The notes under the pieces were generated by a model. It did not search any database, had not been told where the DNA came from, and saw nothing but the letters and a program-made list of their open reading frames with translations. Shown here piece by piece: positions 19,594 through 29,764 of a stretch of 64,000 nt of DNA. Origin of the DNA: Candidatus Omnitrophota bacterium (GTDB lineage Bacteria > Omnitrophota > Gorgyraeia > Gygaellales > Profunditerraquicolaceae); contig JAQUQW010000003.1 of NCBI GenBank assembly GCA_028716245.1, positions 20,638 to 84,637 of the forward strand, read 5' to 3'. The position numbers and the translations under genes are program-made. How positions within the stretch are numbered: the stretch's first letter is position 1; each line of letters opens with the position of its first letter.

Positions 19594-20502
19594 TTATTCT
19601 TTCTTAACCAATTTTTCCATGAATACCCTGTCACGTAATTGCGAAACCTGCTCCCGCTTGAATATTTTATACCCTAATCTCTGGTGAAAATAAATATTAC
19701 GCCTGCTCTTATGCCCGGTAAATGTCTCAAACCTTTTGGCCTGCCCAAATTTGGCCTCAATCCTGCGCATCAGTTTTCTGCCCAGGCCGTAATTCTGATA
19801 AGTTGGATGCACGATCAACCTTCTGATATGGCAAGTACCTTCTTCCAGATAAGCGCGCACCGAACCGACAATCCTGTCATGCATCACACTTTTTAAAAAA
19901 ACCTTATTTTTAAAATCCCCCCTTAACTCCTCAAGGGTCTGGGTTAGCGGAGAAAGGCTAAAATCATTATAGATCTCAGCTTCGCTTTGATAAGCTAATT
20001 TTTGTAAATCCAGTATTTCCTGCGCGTCTTCAATAGCAGCTTCGGTAATAACCAGTTCCCCATTACCTGCGCTGATTTCCTGGAACTTTTTATGTTTTTC
20101 TTCCAGGATCGCAAGCCCCCTAACCACCCCGTCAATAATTGCCTCCGGCCTCACCGCGCATCCCGGCACATAAATATCCACGGGAATAATCTTATCCACT
20201 CCCCCGGAAACATTATAACATTCCCTAAATACTCCTCCGGAGGTAGCGCAAATACCCAAAGCCAAAACCACTTTTGGTTCAGGCATCTGATGATAAATAT
20301 TCTGGATTACTTCTTTATTCTGCTCGTTCACTGAGCCGGTAACCAGAAAAATATCGGCATGCTTGGGATTGCCGGTATTGATTATCCCAAAACGCTCCAA
20401 GTCATAGACCGGAGTAAGGCAAGCCAATACCTCGATATCGCAGCCATTACAACTTGAGGCATCATAATGAATAACCCAGGGAGATTTTTTTAAATATGAC
20501 AT
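19594..20502 (-). CDS. echC: hydrogenase small subunit (NuoB-like) fused to C-terminal GNAT acetyltransferase domain
   Basis: Residues 1-145: CNGC...GICATSGG...VPGCAVRPE four-Cys proximal-cluster pattern. Residues ~150-302: GNAT motif A RRLIVHPTYQNYGLGRKLM. Single uninterrupted ORF. Confidence 0.7.
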   Translation of the reverse strand: MSYLKKSPWVIHYDASSCNGCDIEVLACLTPVYDLERFGIINTGNPKHADIFLVTGSVNEQNKEVIQNIYHQMPEPKVVLALGICATSGGVFRECYNVSGGVDKIIPVDIYVPGCAVRPEAIIDGVVRGLAILEEKHKKFQEISAGNGELVITEAAIEDAQEILDLQKLAYQSEAEIYNDFSLSPLTQTLEELRGDFKNKVFLKSVMHDRIVGSVRAYLEEGTCHIRRLIVHPTYQNYGLGRKLMRRIEAKFGQAKRFETFTGHKSRRNIYFHQRLGYKIFKREQVSQLRDRVFMEKLVKKE

Positions 20503-20503
20503 T

Positions 20504-21358
20504 TTATTTGGGTAAAATAAACAAAACTAAAATATTCCCAAAACCAAAAATTAAAGTTACCAGCCAGCAGCTTAATAAAGCCAGCTGCCATTTTACTCTG
20601 GCAAAAGTATTATCAATAAGGATAACCAGAAAATAGGCCAATAAACTCAAAAGCACTCCGGCAATCGGCAGATGGGCGAAGAACAAATAAATAAAACCTA
20701 AAACCAGCATATTTTCATACCAATGCGCTAACTCAATCATCGCCAGAGCCTTTCCGGAGAACTCCGTCGTAATCCCTTTAACCAGTTCCTGATGCGCATG
20801 GTGCGAAGTAGACAGGTCAAAGGGTGATTTCCTGAATTTCATCGCCAGGATATACAATAAACCAAACAAGATTCCCGGCAGGTAATAAATCAACGGACGG
20901 GCGAAGGAAACGATATCGGAAACATAAAAACTGCGCGTAACCATATACATACCCACGGCGCTTAAAATAATGATCGGCTCATAAGCCATCATCTGCAATA
21001 ATTCTCTGTGGGCTCCGATAAAGCTGTACGGGGAGCTGGCCTTAAATCCGGCTAAGACAAAAAATATGGCCGCTAGTGTAAAAGCAAAGATCACCAGCAA
21101 TATATCTTTTCCGGTAAAAAACAGGGCGCCGGTGAAAACGACTAAGACTAGAAAAAACCCGATGTAGAAATTCTGGGATCTCCTTACTACCAGGTTCTCT
21201 TTCTGGATTAATTTTAAAACATCAAAAAACGGCTGTAAGATCGGCGGCCCGATCCTGGACTGCATCCGCGCGGTAATCTTGCGGTCTAATCCAGCCAGAA
21301 GCCCTCCGGTTAAAGGAGCCAGGATCAAATATAATAAAATATTCAGGAATATATTCAT
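20504..21358 (-). CDS. echB: Ech hydrogenase membrane subunit (NuoH/HycD-like)
   Basis: 284 aa polytopic; MNIFLNILLYLILAPLTGGLLAGLDRKITARMQSRIGP N-terminus typical of NuoH family. Confidence 0.8.
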   Translation of the reverse strand: MNIFLNILLYLILAPLTGGLLAGLDRKITARMQSRIGPPILQPFFDVLKLIQKENLVVRRSQNFYIGFFLVLVVFTGALFFTGKDILLVIFAFTLAAIFFVLAGFKASSPYSFIGAHRELLQMMAYEPIIILSAVGMYMVTRSFYVSDIVSFARPLIYYLPGILFGLLYILAMKFRKSPFDLSTSHHAHQELVKGITTEFSGKALAMIELAHWYENMLVLGFIYLFFAHLPIAGVLLSLLAYFLVILIDNTFARVKWQLALLSCWLVTLIFGFGNILVLFILPK

Positions 21359-23238
21359 AATAACGATAGACCCAACATGGCAATGACTAAAATAATACTG
21401 ATGATTATTCCGAATTTAAGTAGTTTTGTTTCGTTAAAATAATCTCCCAGATAATAATTATACATCGACATACTCCTAACTCTCCCAGATGAGCCGCGAA
21501 ACTCAACGTTATTATTGATATTTGCCCCGCCCAAATAGGCATCCACGACTTTAACCCGCTTACCGTAATTAATAAAACTCAAAGGAAAAAGCATAACCAT
21601 CGCCAGCATGATCGACATAATCACGATATTCCCCTGGCTCATGGTAATCGTGCGGGCATAAATTTCAAGGCAATACGGCTCAATTAAAACCGAGGAAACC
21701 ACCGGAAAAAACCCGCAAACACTCAGCGTTAATACCGATAGGGCTCCCAACGGAAACCACTGGCTCTTGCTGATCCCCTGCTCAATTTCATCTTTAGGTT
21801 CGGCAACGATGATGAGCTTACCCATCCATTTTACCCAGAAAAAAAGCGTTACCGAACTTCCGAAAACTACAAATATGGCAAGCAAAGGATTGTAATCTAC
21901 CAGCGCTTTAAGCGCTGCCCATTTGCTGATTAACATGCCAAAGGGGGCCAAAAACATACCGGCCATGCCAATCTGGAGCATAATCGAGAGCTTGGGCAGA
22001 GTAATAATTAGCCCGGACATGTTTTCAATATTACGGCTGTGGATCTTATGCTCCACCGTACCGACACAAAGGAACAAAAGGCACTTGGCAGTAGCGTGAA
22101 ATATTATAAGCAGGATTGCCGCCCACATCGCTTCATATGTTCCGATGCCGGCGCATAAAACAATCAGCCCTAGGTTGGCAATAGTAGAATAAGCCAAAAT
22201 CTTCTTGGCATCGCTCTGTGAAACAGCCGCAAACGAAGCAACCAGAAAAGTTATTCCCCCGATTAATGCCAGAGCAAAACCGGCCATTGTTCCTTGTAAA
22301 ACCGCGGCAAATCTCAAAATGATATATACCCCTGCTTTAACCATGGTGCTGGAATGCAGGAGCGCCGATACCGGAGTTGGCGCAACCATTGCTCCCAATA
22401 ACCACGAAGAAAAAGGCAGCTGCGCGGATTTAGTCAGGCCGGCAAAACAAATCAACATCACCGGAATCAAAGCCCAGGCCTTACCCAATAACATTACTTT
22501 GCTCAACTCAATACTCCCGGTTGTCCTGTAAAAAATAATGATTGCCGCCAAAAATGCCAGCCCTCCTAAAAGATTAAATTCCAAAGCCCGGAAGGCATTG
22601 TTCCTTGACTCCTGCGTCCGCTTATACCCGATCAGCAGGAAGGAACAAATCGTAGTAATCTCCCAGAAAAAATAAAGCCAGAGAAGATTGTTGGAAAAAA
22701 TCACCCCGAACATCGCCGAAAGAAATACAAAAACAGCAAAGAAAAAGAAATTACGCCTATCTTTTATCTCCTTATGATAGTCACGGTGAAAATCCTCCAT
22801 ATATCCGGTAGAATAAATACAGATTAGACTGCCGATAATACCTACTACCAGGGACATGATAATCGAAAATTTATCGATGAATAAATTATTTTCTGAAATA
22901 ACCTTTGCCCCGCAGGAATACTCAAAATAAAACATTAAGGCTGCTTGGAGTAAAATAAGCAGGGTTACCCAGGCGCGTTTGAATTTTATCCCTAAATATA
23001 AAATATAACCTGCCAAAGCCCATTCCGTAAAAAACATGATTTTATCAACCAGATGGGACTCGGCCTTAAAATATTGGATACTTTGATGAAAAGTACTGAT
23101 GAGCAGGACAATGACCGCTGAAGAAATGGCCAAGGCGGATATCTTTACTAGACCAGCCCGCAATCTTTCCCCTTTTAATAAAAGCAGGATTACGGATATG
23201 AATAACGGAAATATGATTAAAAACTCTAATAAATACAA
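21355..23238 (-). CDS. echA: Ech hydrogenase antiporter-like membrane subunit (NuoL/MrpA-like)
   Basis: ORF track extends to 23334, overlapping gltD by 86 nt. A TTG at 23238 preceded by AAGGAG (5-nt spacing) gives MYLLEFLIIF... and a 10-nt gap to the gltD stop. Many TM helices. Confidence 0.75.
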   Translation of the reverse strand: MYLLEFLIIFPLFISVILLLLKGERLRAGLVKISALAISSAVIVLLISTFHQSIQYFKAESHLVDKIMFFTEWALAGYILYLGIKFKRAWVTLLILLQAALMFYFEYSCGAKVISENNLFIDKFSIIMSLVVGIIGSLICIYSTGYMEDFHRDYHKEIKDRRNFFFFAVFVFLSAMFGVIFSNNLLWLYFFWEITTICSFLLIGYKRTQESRNNAFRALEFNLLGGLAFLAAIIIFYRTTGSIELSKVMLLGKAWALIPVMLICFAGLTKSAQLPFSSWLLGAMVAPTPVSALLHSSTMVKAGVYIILRFAAVLQGTMAGFALALIGGITFLVASFAAVSQSDAKKILAYSTIANLGLIVLCAGIGTYEAMWAAILLIIFHATAKCLLFLCVGTVEHKIHSRNIENMSGLIITLPKLSIMLQIGMAGMFLAPFGMLISKWAALKALVDYNPLLAIFVVFGSSVTLFFWVKWMGKLIIVAEPKDEIEQGISKSQWFPLGALSVLTLSVCGFFPVVSSVLIEPYCLEIYARTITMSQGNIVIMSIMLAMVMLFPLSFINYGKRVKVVDAYLGGANINNNVEFRGSSGRVRSMSMYNYYLGDYFNETKLLKFGIIISIILVIAMLGLSLL

Positions 23239-23248
23239 AATTTTCTCC

Positions 23249-24691
23249 TTAAAGCATCGGCAGGATTGAACCGCCCATAAGGTATTTGTCGATATGGTGG
23301 GCAGAGCGCCTGCCTTCGGCAATTGCCCAGACAATCAGGGATTGGCCGCGGCGCATATCTCCACAGGCAAACACGCCTTTCTTGGAAGTCATAAAATTAT
23401 CGCCTGTTTTTACATTTCCCTTTTGGTCTAAATCCAATTTAAGCTCTTCAATTATTCCTTTTTTCTCAGGATGCAAGAAACCCAAAGCCAAAATTACCAG
23501 GTCCGTTTCAATTTCAAACTCTGAACCCTTTAGCTCCTGCATAACCGGACACCCCGCAGCATCTTTTTTAAACTCCACCCTTACGCAGGAAAGTTTTTTA
23601 ACTTTTCCGCTTGAGCCGGTAAATTTTTTGGTTAATATCGACCAATCCCTATTGCCTCCCTCTTCATGGCTGGTCGAAGATTTAAGCAATAAAGGATACT
23701 TTGGCCAAGGGTAATCTTTAGTGCGGCAGGAGGCTGGTTTAGGCATAATCTCGATCTGCATAACGCAGGATGCGCCTTGACGATGCGCCACTCCTACGCA
23801 ATCCGCGCCGGTATCCCCGCCTCCGACAACCACTACGCGTTTATTTTTAGCGTCAATTAACTGGTCAGCTGGAATTTTTTCTCCCTTAATCCTCTTATTG
23901 GACTGGATCAGGTAATCCATGGCAAAATTGATTCCGAAAAGATTCCTGCCCTCGATATTCAGGTCCCGCGGCTGCCGTGACCCGCAGGCAATACAAACCA
24001 CATCAAACTCATCCACCAGTTTCTTAATTTTATAATCAACCCCTATATTTGAAGAAGTCTTAAATTTTATCCCTTCCTTTTGCAGAATCTTTATCCGGCG
24101 ATCGATTATTTTCTTCTCCAGCTTAAACTCAGGAATACCATAACGTAAGATTCCTCCAAGAGCATCATCTCTTTCAAAAACCACAACATTATGCCCGGCA
24201 GAATTTAGCTGGTCGGCGCAAGCCAGGCCGGCTGGCCCGGAACCGACTATGGCTATTTTTTTCCCGGTTCTCTTTTTTAAAATTCGCGGCTGGATTAAAC
24301 CATTCTTAAAGGCATACTCGATAATACTCAACTCGTTTTCCCGGATAGTTACCGGGTCATCATTAATCCCCAAAACACAGGCATATTCGCAAAGCGCCGG
24401 ACAAATCCTTCCGGTGATCTCGGGAAGATTATTAGTGGCCTTAAGTAAACTAAAGGCTTTTTCCCACTGGCCATGGAAAAGAAGGTCATTCCATTCCGGT
24501 ATATAATTACCGATGGGGCAGCCAGAGTGGCAAAAAGGCGTGCCGCAATCCATACAGCGCGATGCCTGCTCCTTGCTTTGAAATTCAGTCCGCAATAAAT
24601 TAACCTCGGCGAAATCTTTTATTCTTTCGCAAACCGGACGGTAGGTCCCGGGCTGTCTTTTAACTTTTAAGAATCCTTTTGGATCACCCAT
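23249..24691 (-). CDS. gltD: glutamate synthase small subunit (NADPH; GltD family)
   Basis: 480 aa; N-terminal Cys cluster, two dinucleotide-binding GxGxxG motifs (VGSGPAGL; VVGGGDTG). Confidence 0.85.
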   Translation of the reverse strand: MGDPKGFLKVKRQPGTYRPVCERIKDFAEVNLLRTEFQSKEQASRCMDCGTPFCHSGCPIGNYIPEWNDLLFHGQWEKAFSLLKATNNLPEITGRICPALCEYACVLGINDDPVTIRENELSIIEYAFKNGLIQPRILKKRTGKKIAIVGSGPAGLACADQLNSAGHNVVVFERDDALGGILRYGIPEFKLEKKIIDRRIKILQKEGIKFKTSSNIGVDYKIKKLVDEFDVVCIACGSRQPRDLNIEGRNLFGINFAMDYLIQSNKRIKGEKIPADQLIDAKNKRVVVVGGGDTGADCVGVAHRQGASCVMQIEIMPKPASCRTKDYPWPKYPLLLKSSTSHEEGGNRDWSILTKKFTGSSGKVKKLSCVRVEFKKDAAGCPVMQELKGSEFEIETDLVILALGFLHPEKKGIIEELKLDLDQKGNVKTGDNFMTSKKGVFACGDMRRGQSLIVWAIAEGRRSAHHIDKYLMGGSILPML

Positions 24692-27600
24692 CAGTATATT
24701 CTCCCAGGTCAGCCTTCTTAACCGCCTCTTTCTCTTCCAATATGCGTTTGTACTCTAAAGGCATGACTTTGATAAAAAGATTGGTGTACTTATGAAAATC
24801 ATCGAGGATCTCTTTTGCTCTGGGGCTTTGCGTGTATTTGTGGTGATTAAAAAGCAACTTTTTGATCGTCTCGGCGTCTTGGGCGTCTATTTTCTCTAAA
24901 GCCACCATTTCCAAATTGCATCTTTTCTTAAAATCGTTTCTTTCATCCAGGCAATAAGCAATCCCTCCGGACATCCCTGCCCCGAAATTCCTGCCGCATT
25001 TGCCCAGCACAACCACCCTTCCTCCAGTCATATATTCACAGCCATGGTCTCCCAAACCCTCAATAACCGCATTTAACCCGGAATTGCGGATACAGAACCT
25101 CTCTCCGGCAACCCCCCGGATATATGCCTCCCCGTTAATTGCCCCGTAAAAAGTAGTATTGCCGATAATAATATTTTCTTCCGGTTTATATTCAACTGAC
25201 TTATCCGGGTAAATTATAATTTTACCTCCGGATATCCCTTTACCCACATAATCATTAGCCATGCCTTCAAGAGTAAAAGTAATCCCTTTGGCCAAAAAAG
25301 CCCCGAAACTTTGGCCGGCTACCCCTCTAAAATTACATTTAATCGTATCTTCGGGCAGCCCGCTTTCGCCAAACCTCTTGCAGACCTCTCCGCTTAACAT
25401 TGCCCCGGTGGCGCGGTTTATGTTTTCAATCTTTTGATTTATTTCAACGTTTTTAGCTTCTATTAATGCCGGATTGGATAACTCAATCAGCCTTAAATCC
25501 AGGATCTTATCAATGCCGTGATCCTGCTGCTTACAATAATGCGTAATTACTGATTCTGGCACCTGAGGTTTATAAAGAATTTTAGAAAAATCGATTTCTT
25601 TTGCCTTCCAGGGTAAAATCCCCTGATTTAATTCCAGCAGATCCACCCTGCCGACCATCTCTTCTAATTTTTTTATGCCCAGAGAACTCATGATCTGGCG
25701 CAGTTCATTGGCAATAAAGGTAAAATAATTGATGATATATTCCGGCCTGCCGGTAAATCTTTTCTCCAAAACCTCATCCTGGGTAGCGATCCCGACCGAA
25801 CAATTATTTAAATTACAATGGCGCAGCATCACGCAGCCCAAGACGATTAACACCGCGGTGCAGAAGCCGAATTCTTCAGCGCCAAGTAACGCGGCAATGG
25901 CCACATCGCGTCCGGTGCGCATCTGCCCGTCAGTCTGCAGGCGTACCCTGCTCCTTAAATCATTTAAGACTAAAGTCTGGTGCGTTTCTGAAAGCCCCAA
26001 CTCCCAGGGGAGGCCGGCGTGTTTAATTGAACTTAAAGGAGAGGCTCCGGTACCTCCGTCCTGGCCGGAAATAAGGATCATATCGGCATGCCCCTTGGCT
26101 ACGCCGGCTGCGACTGTGCCTACGCCGATTTCAGAAACCAGCTTTACGCTGATACGCGCTTTAGGATTCGCGTTTTTTAAATCAAAAATAAGCTGCGCTA
26201 AATCTTCGATTGAATAAATATCATGGTGCGGAGGAGGGGAAATTAAAGTAACTCCGGGGGTAGTATAACGGGTCTTGGCGATTATCGCGCTTACCTTATG
26301 CCCGGGAAGCTGCCCGCCTTCGCCGGGTTTTGCGCCTTGGGCCATTTTTATTTGGATTTCATCGGCATTAACTAAATAATTTGTGGTTACGCCGAAACGC
26401 CCGGAGGCAACCTGCTTTATCGCGCTTCTGGCAGAATCTCCGTTGGGCAACGGAACAAAACGCGCGGGGTCTTCGCCGCCCTCTCCGGTATTGGACCTTG
26501 CGCCTAACCTATTCATGGCGATAGCAATCGTTTCATGCGTGGCGCGGCTGATTGAGCCAAAACTCATCGCCCCGGTAGCAAACCTTTTTACAATTTCTTC
26601 AACCGGCTCAACCTGATCTAATGGTATAGATTTTTGTGTTTTAAATTTAAGTAAACTCCTTAAGGTAGTCGGATTTTTTGACTGATCATTGATAAAATTA
26701 GTAAACTCCTGATATTTTTTAAGATCATTATTGCGCACCGCGTCCTGCAAAGCGGCGATGCTATCCGGGTTCCAGAGATGAAATTCTCCGTCGCGCCTCC
26801 ACTGATAAAGGCCGCCTGAAGCCAGATGATTTTCACCTTGGCTCCTTACGGCAAAAGCCTCCTTATGGCGCAGGATAGTTTCTTTAACAATTACGTCTAA
26901 AGATACACCATTAATCCTGGAAACGGTACCGGTAAAATATTCATCAATCACGTTTTGGCTTAATCCCACTGCTTCAAAAATCTGGGCCCCCCGGTAGCTC
27001 TGTAAGGTCGATATACCCATTTTGGAGAGAACCTTCAAGATCCCCTTGTCGATGGCTTTTATATAATTATGCTTGGCCTTTTCAAAACCAAGATTGAGTT
27101 CTTTTTCTTTTGCCATCTCCTCCAGGAGCTTAAAAACAAGATAGGGATTAACGCAATCAACTCCGTAGGCAAAAAGCAGGGCAAAATGGTTTACCTCGCG
27201 GGGCTCGGCACTCTCTAGAATAATGCTGATCTGCGTCCGCAAAGAATGCCGCACCAGATAATGGTGCAGTGCTGAAACCGCCAGGAGGCTGGGAATGCCG
27301 GCATAATTTTTATTCACTCCGCGGTCGCTTAAAATAATAAAAGTATAGCCTTTTTTTATCGCTTCTTCTGCTTCCTGAAATATTTTCTTAAGCGCTTTAG
27401 AAAAGTCTGTTTTGCCGCCTACCTTAAAAAGCAATGAAATGGTTTTGGTTTTAAAACCGTTCTTTCTTATTCTGCGAATCTTCTTAATCTCGATATCGCT
27501 TAAGACCGGTCGGGCCACTAATAATTTATGGCAGTGATCCTCGCCATCGCTTAAAATATTCTTTTCCGGGCCTAAATAACTAGCCAGGCTCATTACCAGT

Positions 27601-29252
27601 TCCTCACGGATCGGATCAATCGGAGGGTTAGTTACCTGGGCAAATAATTGTTTGAAGTAAGAAAACAAAAGTTGCGGCTTAGCTGAAAGCACGGCATGCG
27701 GAGTATCATTACCCATCGAGCCCACCGGCTCTTGAGCATTTTCAGCCATTGGCTTAATAAGCATTTTCAGATCTTCGCGGGTATAACCAAAAGCCTTTAG
27801 CTGGGTTAAAATAGGGACAGCGACCATTTTTTTCTTCACCTCTTTATTCAAGAAAAAATGGGCGCTGTCCCTATTTTTATCTAGTTCTAGTATATTTTTC
27901 TTAACCCATTGCTCATATGGCTTATCTTCGCTGAGCTCTTTTTTTATCTGGCTGTCTTCAATTATACATCCGGCTTTTGTATCGATAAAAAATGTCTTGC
28001 CCGGCTCAAGCCGTCCTGAATGCAGAATAGCGGAAGGCTCAATATCCAGAACTCCGACCTCAGAAGCCATCACCACAAAATCATCTTTGGTCACAATATA
28101 GCGGCACGGCCGCAATCCGTTACGATCAAGGACCGCTCCGATAGACACACCATCAGTAAAAACCATGGCTGCCGGGCCATCCCAAGGTTCGATAAGGCAG
28201 GTATGATATTTATGGAAAGCCCTTACCTCTTGGGCAAGCAGATTATTCTGCTCCCAGGCAGCCGGTATAAGCATCGAGATTGACTGCGTCAGGCTTCTCC
28301 CGGACAAGGTTAGGAGCTCAAAAACATTATCAATGGTCGCCGAGTCACTACCGCCGGGCACAATTACCGGGAATATTTTCTTTAGGTCTTGGCCAAACAA
28401 TTCGCTCTTTAAAAAATCTTGGCGGGCGCGCATCCAGTTAATATTACCTCTTAAGGTGTTGATCTCTCCGTTATGGGCGATAAACCTAAACGGCTGAGAC
28501 AGGTCCCAGGTAGGAAAAGTGTTGGTGGAGTAACGTGAATGCACCATGGCTAAAGCGCTTTTAATCTCCTGGGAACTCAAATCCAAAAAGAAGTTTTCCA
28601 CCTGATGCGGCATAAGCAGGCCTTTATAGATAAAGGTGCGGCTGGATAAGCTGGGAATATAGAAAAAAGTTTTTTGTTTTATTCTGGAAGCGCGGATAAT
28701 ATTTTCAACCTGCTTGCGGATAACATAAAGCTTCCTTTCAAAAGCCGGGCAATCGGTTATTTTTTTACCGCGCCCGATAAAAATCTGCTCAATTTGCGGC
28801 TGGGTATCTACGGCGGTTTTACCGATATCCTGATTATTTACCGGCACACTGCGCCAGCCTAAAAATACTAAAGCTTCATCATGAATGACTTTTTCAAATG
28901 TTTCTTTGCAGAATTTGCGCTCGTTGGTATCTTGAGGCAAAAATACTAACCCTGAGGCATATTCACCTTCTTTAGGCAGACGGATATTTTCTTTTTCGCA
29001 TACAGAAGAAAAAAATTCATGCGGAAACTGAATAAGCAGGCCTGCTCCGTCACCGGTTTTAGGATCTGCGCCGGTTGCTCCGCGGTGGCTCAGGCGGCGT
29101 AAAACCTCCAGGCCCTGCTTGACAATATCATTACTCTTTTTACCTTTGATATTGCAAACAAATCCCACTCCACATGAGTCATGCTCAAACCGTGGATCGT
29201 ATAAACCCTGCTTTTTTGGCAAATGTACCTGTTTCATAAATTTGTTTTCCAC
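24684..29252 (-). CDS. gltB: glutamate synthase large subunit
   Basis: 1522 aa; N-terminal amidotransferase CGVGFV, FMN/Fe-S central domain, C-terminal GXXG-repeat domain. Confidence 0.95.
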   Translation of the reverse strand: MENKFMKQVHLPKKQGLYDPRFEHDSCGVGFVCNIKGKKSNDIVKQGLEVLRRLSHRGATGADPKTGDGAGLLIQFPHEFFSSVCEKENIRLPKEGEYASGLVFLPQDTNERKFCKETFEKVIHDEALVFLGWRSVPVNNQDIGKTAVDTQPQIEQIFIGRGKKITDCPAFERKLYVIRKQVENIIRASRIKQKTFFYIPSLSSRTFIYKGLLMPHQVENFFLDLSSQEIKSALAMVHSRYSTNTFPTWDLSQPFRFIAHNGEINTLRGNINWMRARQDFLKSELFGQDLKKIFPVIVPGGSDSATIDNVFELLTLSGRSLTQSISMLIPAAWEQNNLLAQEVRAFHKYHTCLIEPWDGPAAMVFTDGVSIGAVLDRNGLRPCRYIVTKDDFVVMASEVGVLDIEPSAILHSGRLEPGKTFFIDTKAGCIIEDSQIKKELSEDKPYEQWVKKNILELDKNRDSAHFFLNKEVKKKMVAVPILTQLKAFGYTREDLKMLIKPMAENAQEPVGSMGNDTPHAVLSAKPQLLFSYFKQLFAQVTNPPIDPIREELVMSLASYLGPEKNILSDGEDHCHKLLVARPVLSDIEIKKIRRIRKNGFKTKTISLLFKVGGKTDFSKALKKIFQEAEEAIKKGYTFIILSDRGVNKNYAGIPSLLAVSALHHYLVRHSLRTQISIILESAEPREVNHFALLFAYGVDCVNPYLVFKLLEEMAKEKELNLGFEKAKHNYIKAIDKGILKVLSKMGISTLQSYRGAQIFEAVGLSQNVIDEYFTGTVSRINGVSLDVIVKETILRHKEAFAVRSQGENHLASGGLYQWRRDGEFHLWNPDSIAALQDAVRNNDLKKYQEFTNFINDQSKNPTTLRSLLKFKTQKSIPLDQVEPVEEIVKRFATGAMSFGSISRATHETIAIAMNRLGARSNTGEGGEDPARFVPLPNGDSARSAIKQVASGRFGVTTNYLVNADEIQIKMAQGAKPGEGGQLPGHKVSAIIAKTRYTTPGVTLISPPPHHDIYSIEDLAQLIFDLKNANPKARISVKLVSEIGVGTVAAGVAKGHADMILISGQDGGTGASPLSSIKHAGLPWELGLSETHQTLVLNDLRSRVRLQTDGQMRTGRDVAIAALLGAEEFGFCTAVLIVLGCVMLRHCNLNNCSVGIATQDEVLEKRFTGRPEYIINYFTFIANELRQIMSSLGIKKLEEMVGRVDLLELNQGILPWKAKEIDFSKILYKPQVPESVITHYCKQQDHGIDKILDLRLIELSNPALIEAKNVEINQKIENINRATGAMLSGEVCKRFGESGLPEDTIKCNFRGVAGQSFGAFLAKGITFTLEGMANDYVGKGISGGKIIIYPDKSVEYKPEENIIIGNTTFYGAINGEAYIRGVAGERFCIRNSGLNAVIEGLGDHGCEYMTGGRVVVLGKCGRNFGAGMSGGIAYCLDERNDFKKRCNLEMVALEKIDAQDAETIKKLLFNHHKYTQSPRAKEILDDFHKYTNLFIKVMPLEYKRILEEKEAVKKADLGEYTDG

Positions 29253-29617
29253 CTTGAGACATCAATACCTAATTTGTTTATTTTCACGCGCATTGTGTTA
29301 CGGTTAATCCCCAGGATGCGGGCGGCCTTAAGCTGGTTGCCTTCACAACGCTCTAGTGTCTGTTCGAGCAAAGGTTTCTCGATTGCTTCTAAAACGGATT
29401 TATATAATACTCCTTTTTTCTCAATAAACAATGAATTTTCTAATTCCACCACCCTATCTTTGATAAAAGCCAGGTCCCTTATACAATCCTTTTTCACGAC
29501 GCGGATCACGTTTTCCTGGCTTGTATCCGGGGATAAAGTATATCCCTCCTGCTTTAGCATTTTAGCCAAGGCTTCTTTTGTTTTAATTTCATCTTCGGTA
29601 ATAAGTATGGTAATCAT
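29234..29617 (-). CDS. Fis/NtrC-type HTH_8 DNA-binding protein (orphan C-terminal domain; degenerate receiver-like N-terminus)
   Basis: C-terminal GNQLKAARILGINRNTMRVKINKLGI; overlaps gltB start by 19 nt. Confidence 0.55.
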   Translation of the reverse strand: MITILITEDEIKTKEALAKMLKQEGYTLSPDTSQENVIRVVKKDCIRDLAFIKDRVVELENSLFIEKKGVLYKSVLEAIEKPLLEQTLERCEGNQLKAARILGINRNTMRVKINKLGIDVSRWKTNL

Positions 29618-29647
29618 ATCCTGCCTAAATTTTATGCATCGCTACTG

Positions 29648-29700
29648 ACAAAAAAGACGTTCATTTTGGCAAAAAACAGTTTTAGCCAGCATGAACGTCT
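29648..29700 (-). terminator. rho-independent terminator after glnN (bidirectional U/T tracts)
   Basis: AGACGTTCAT ... ATGAACGTCT 10-bp inverted repeat (29655..29664 / 29691..29700) with T/A runs on both sides. Confidence 0.4.
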
Positions 29701-29764
29701 ATGTTCTTTTTGTTATGTCTTAAGCACTACGCTGTGCTTACTATAATCTTATACTACTATGCCA

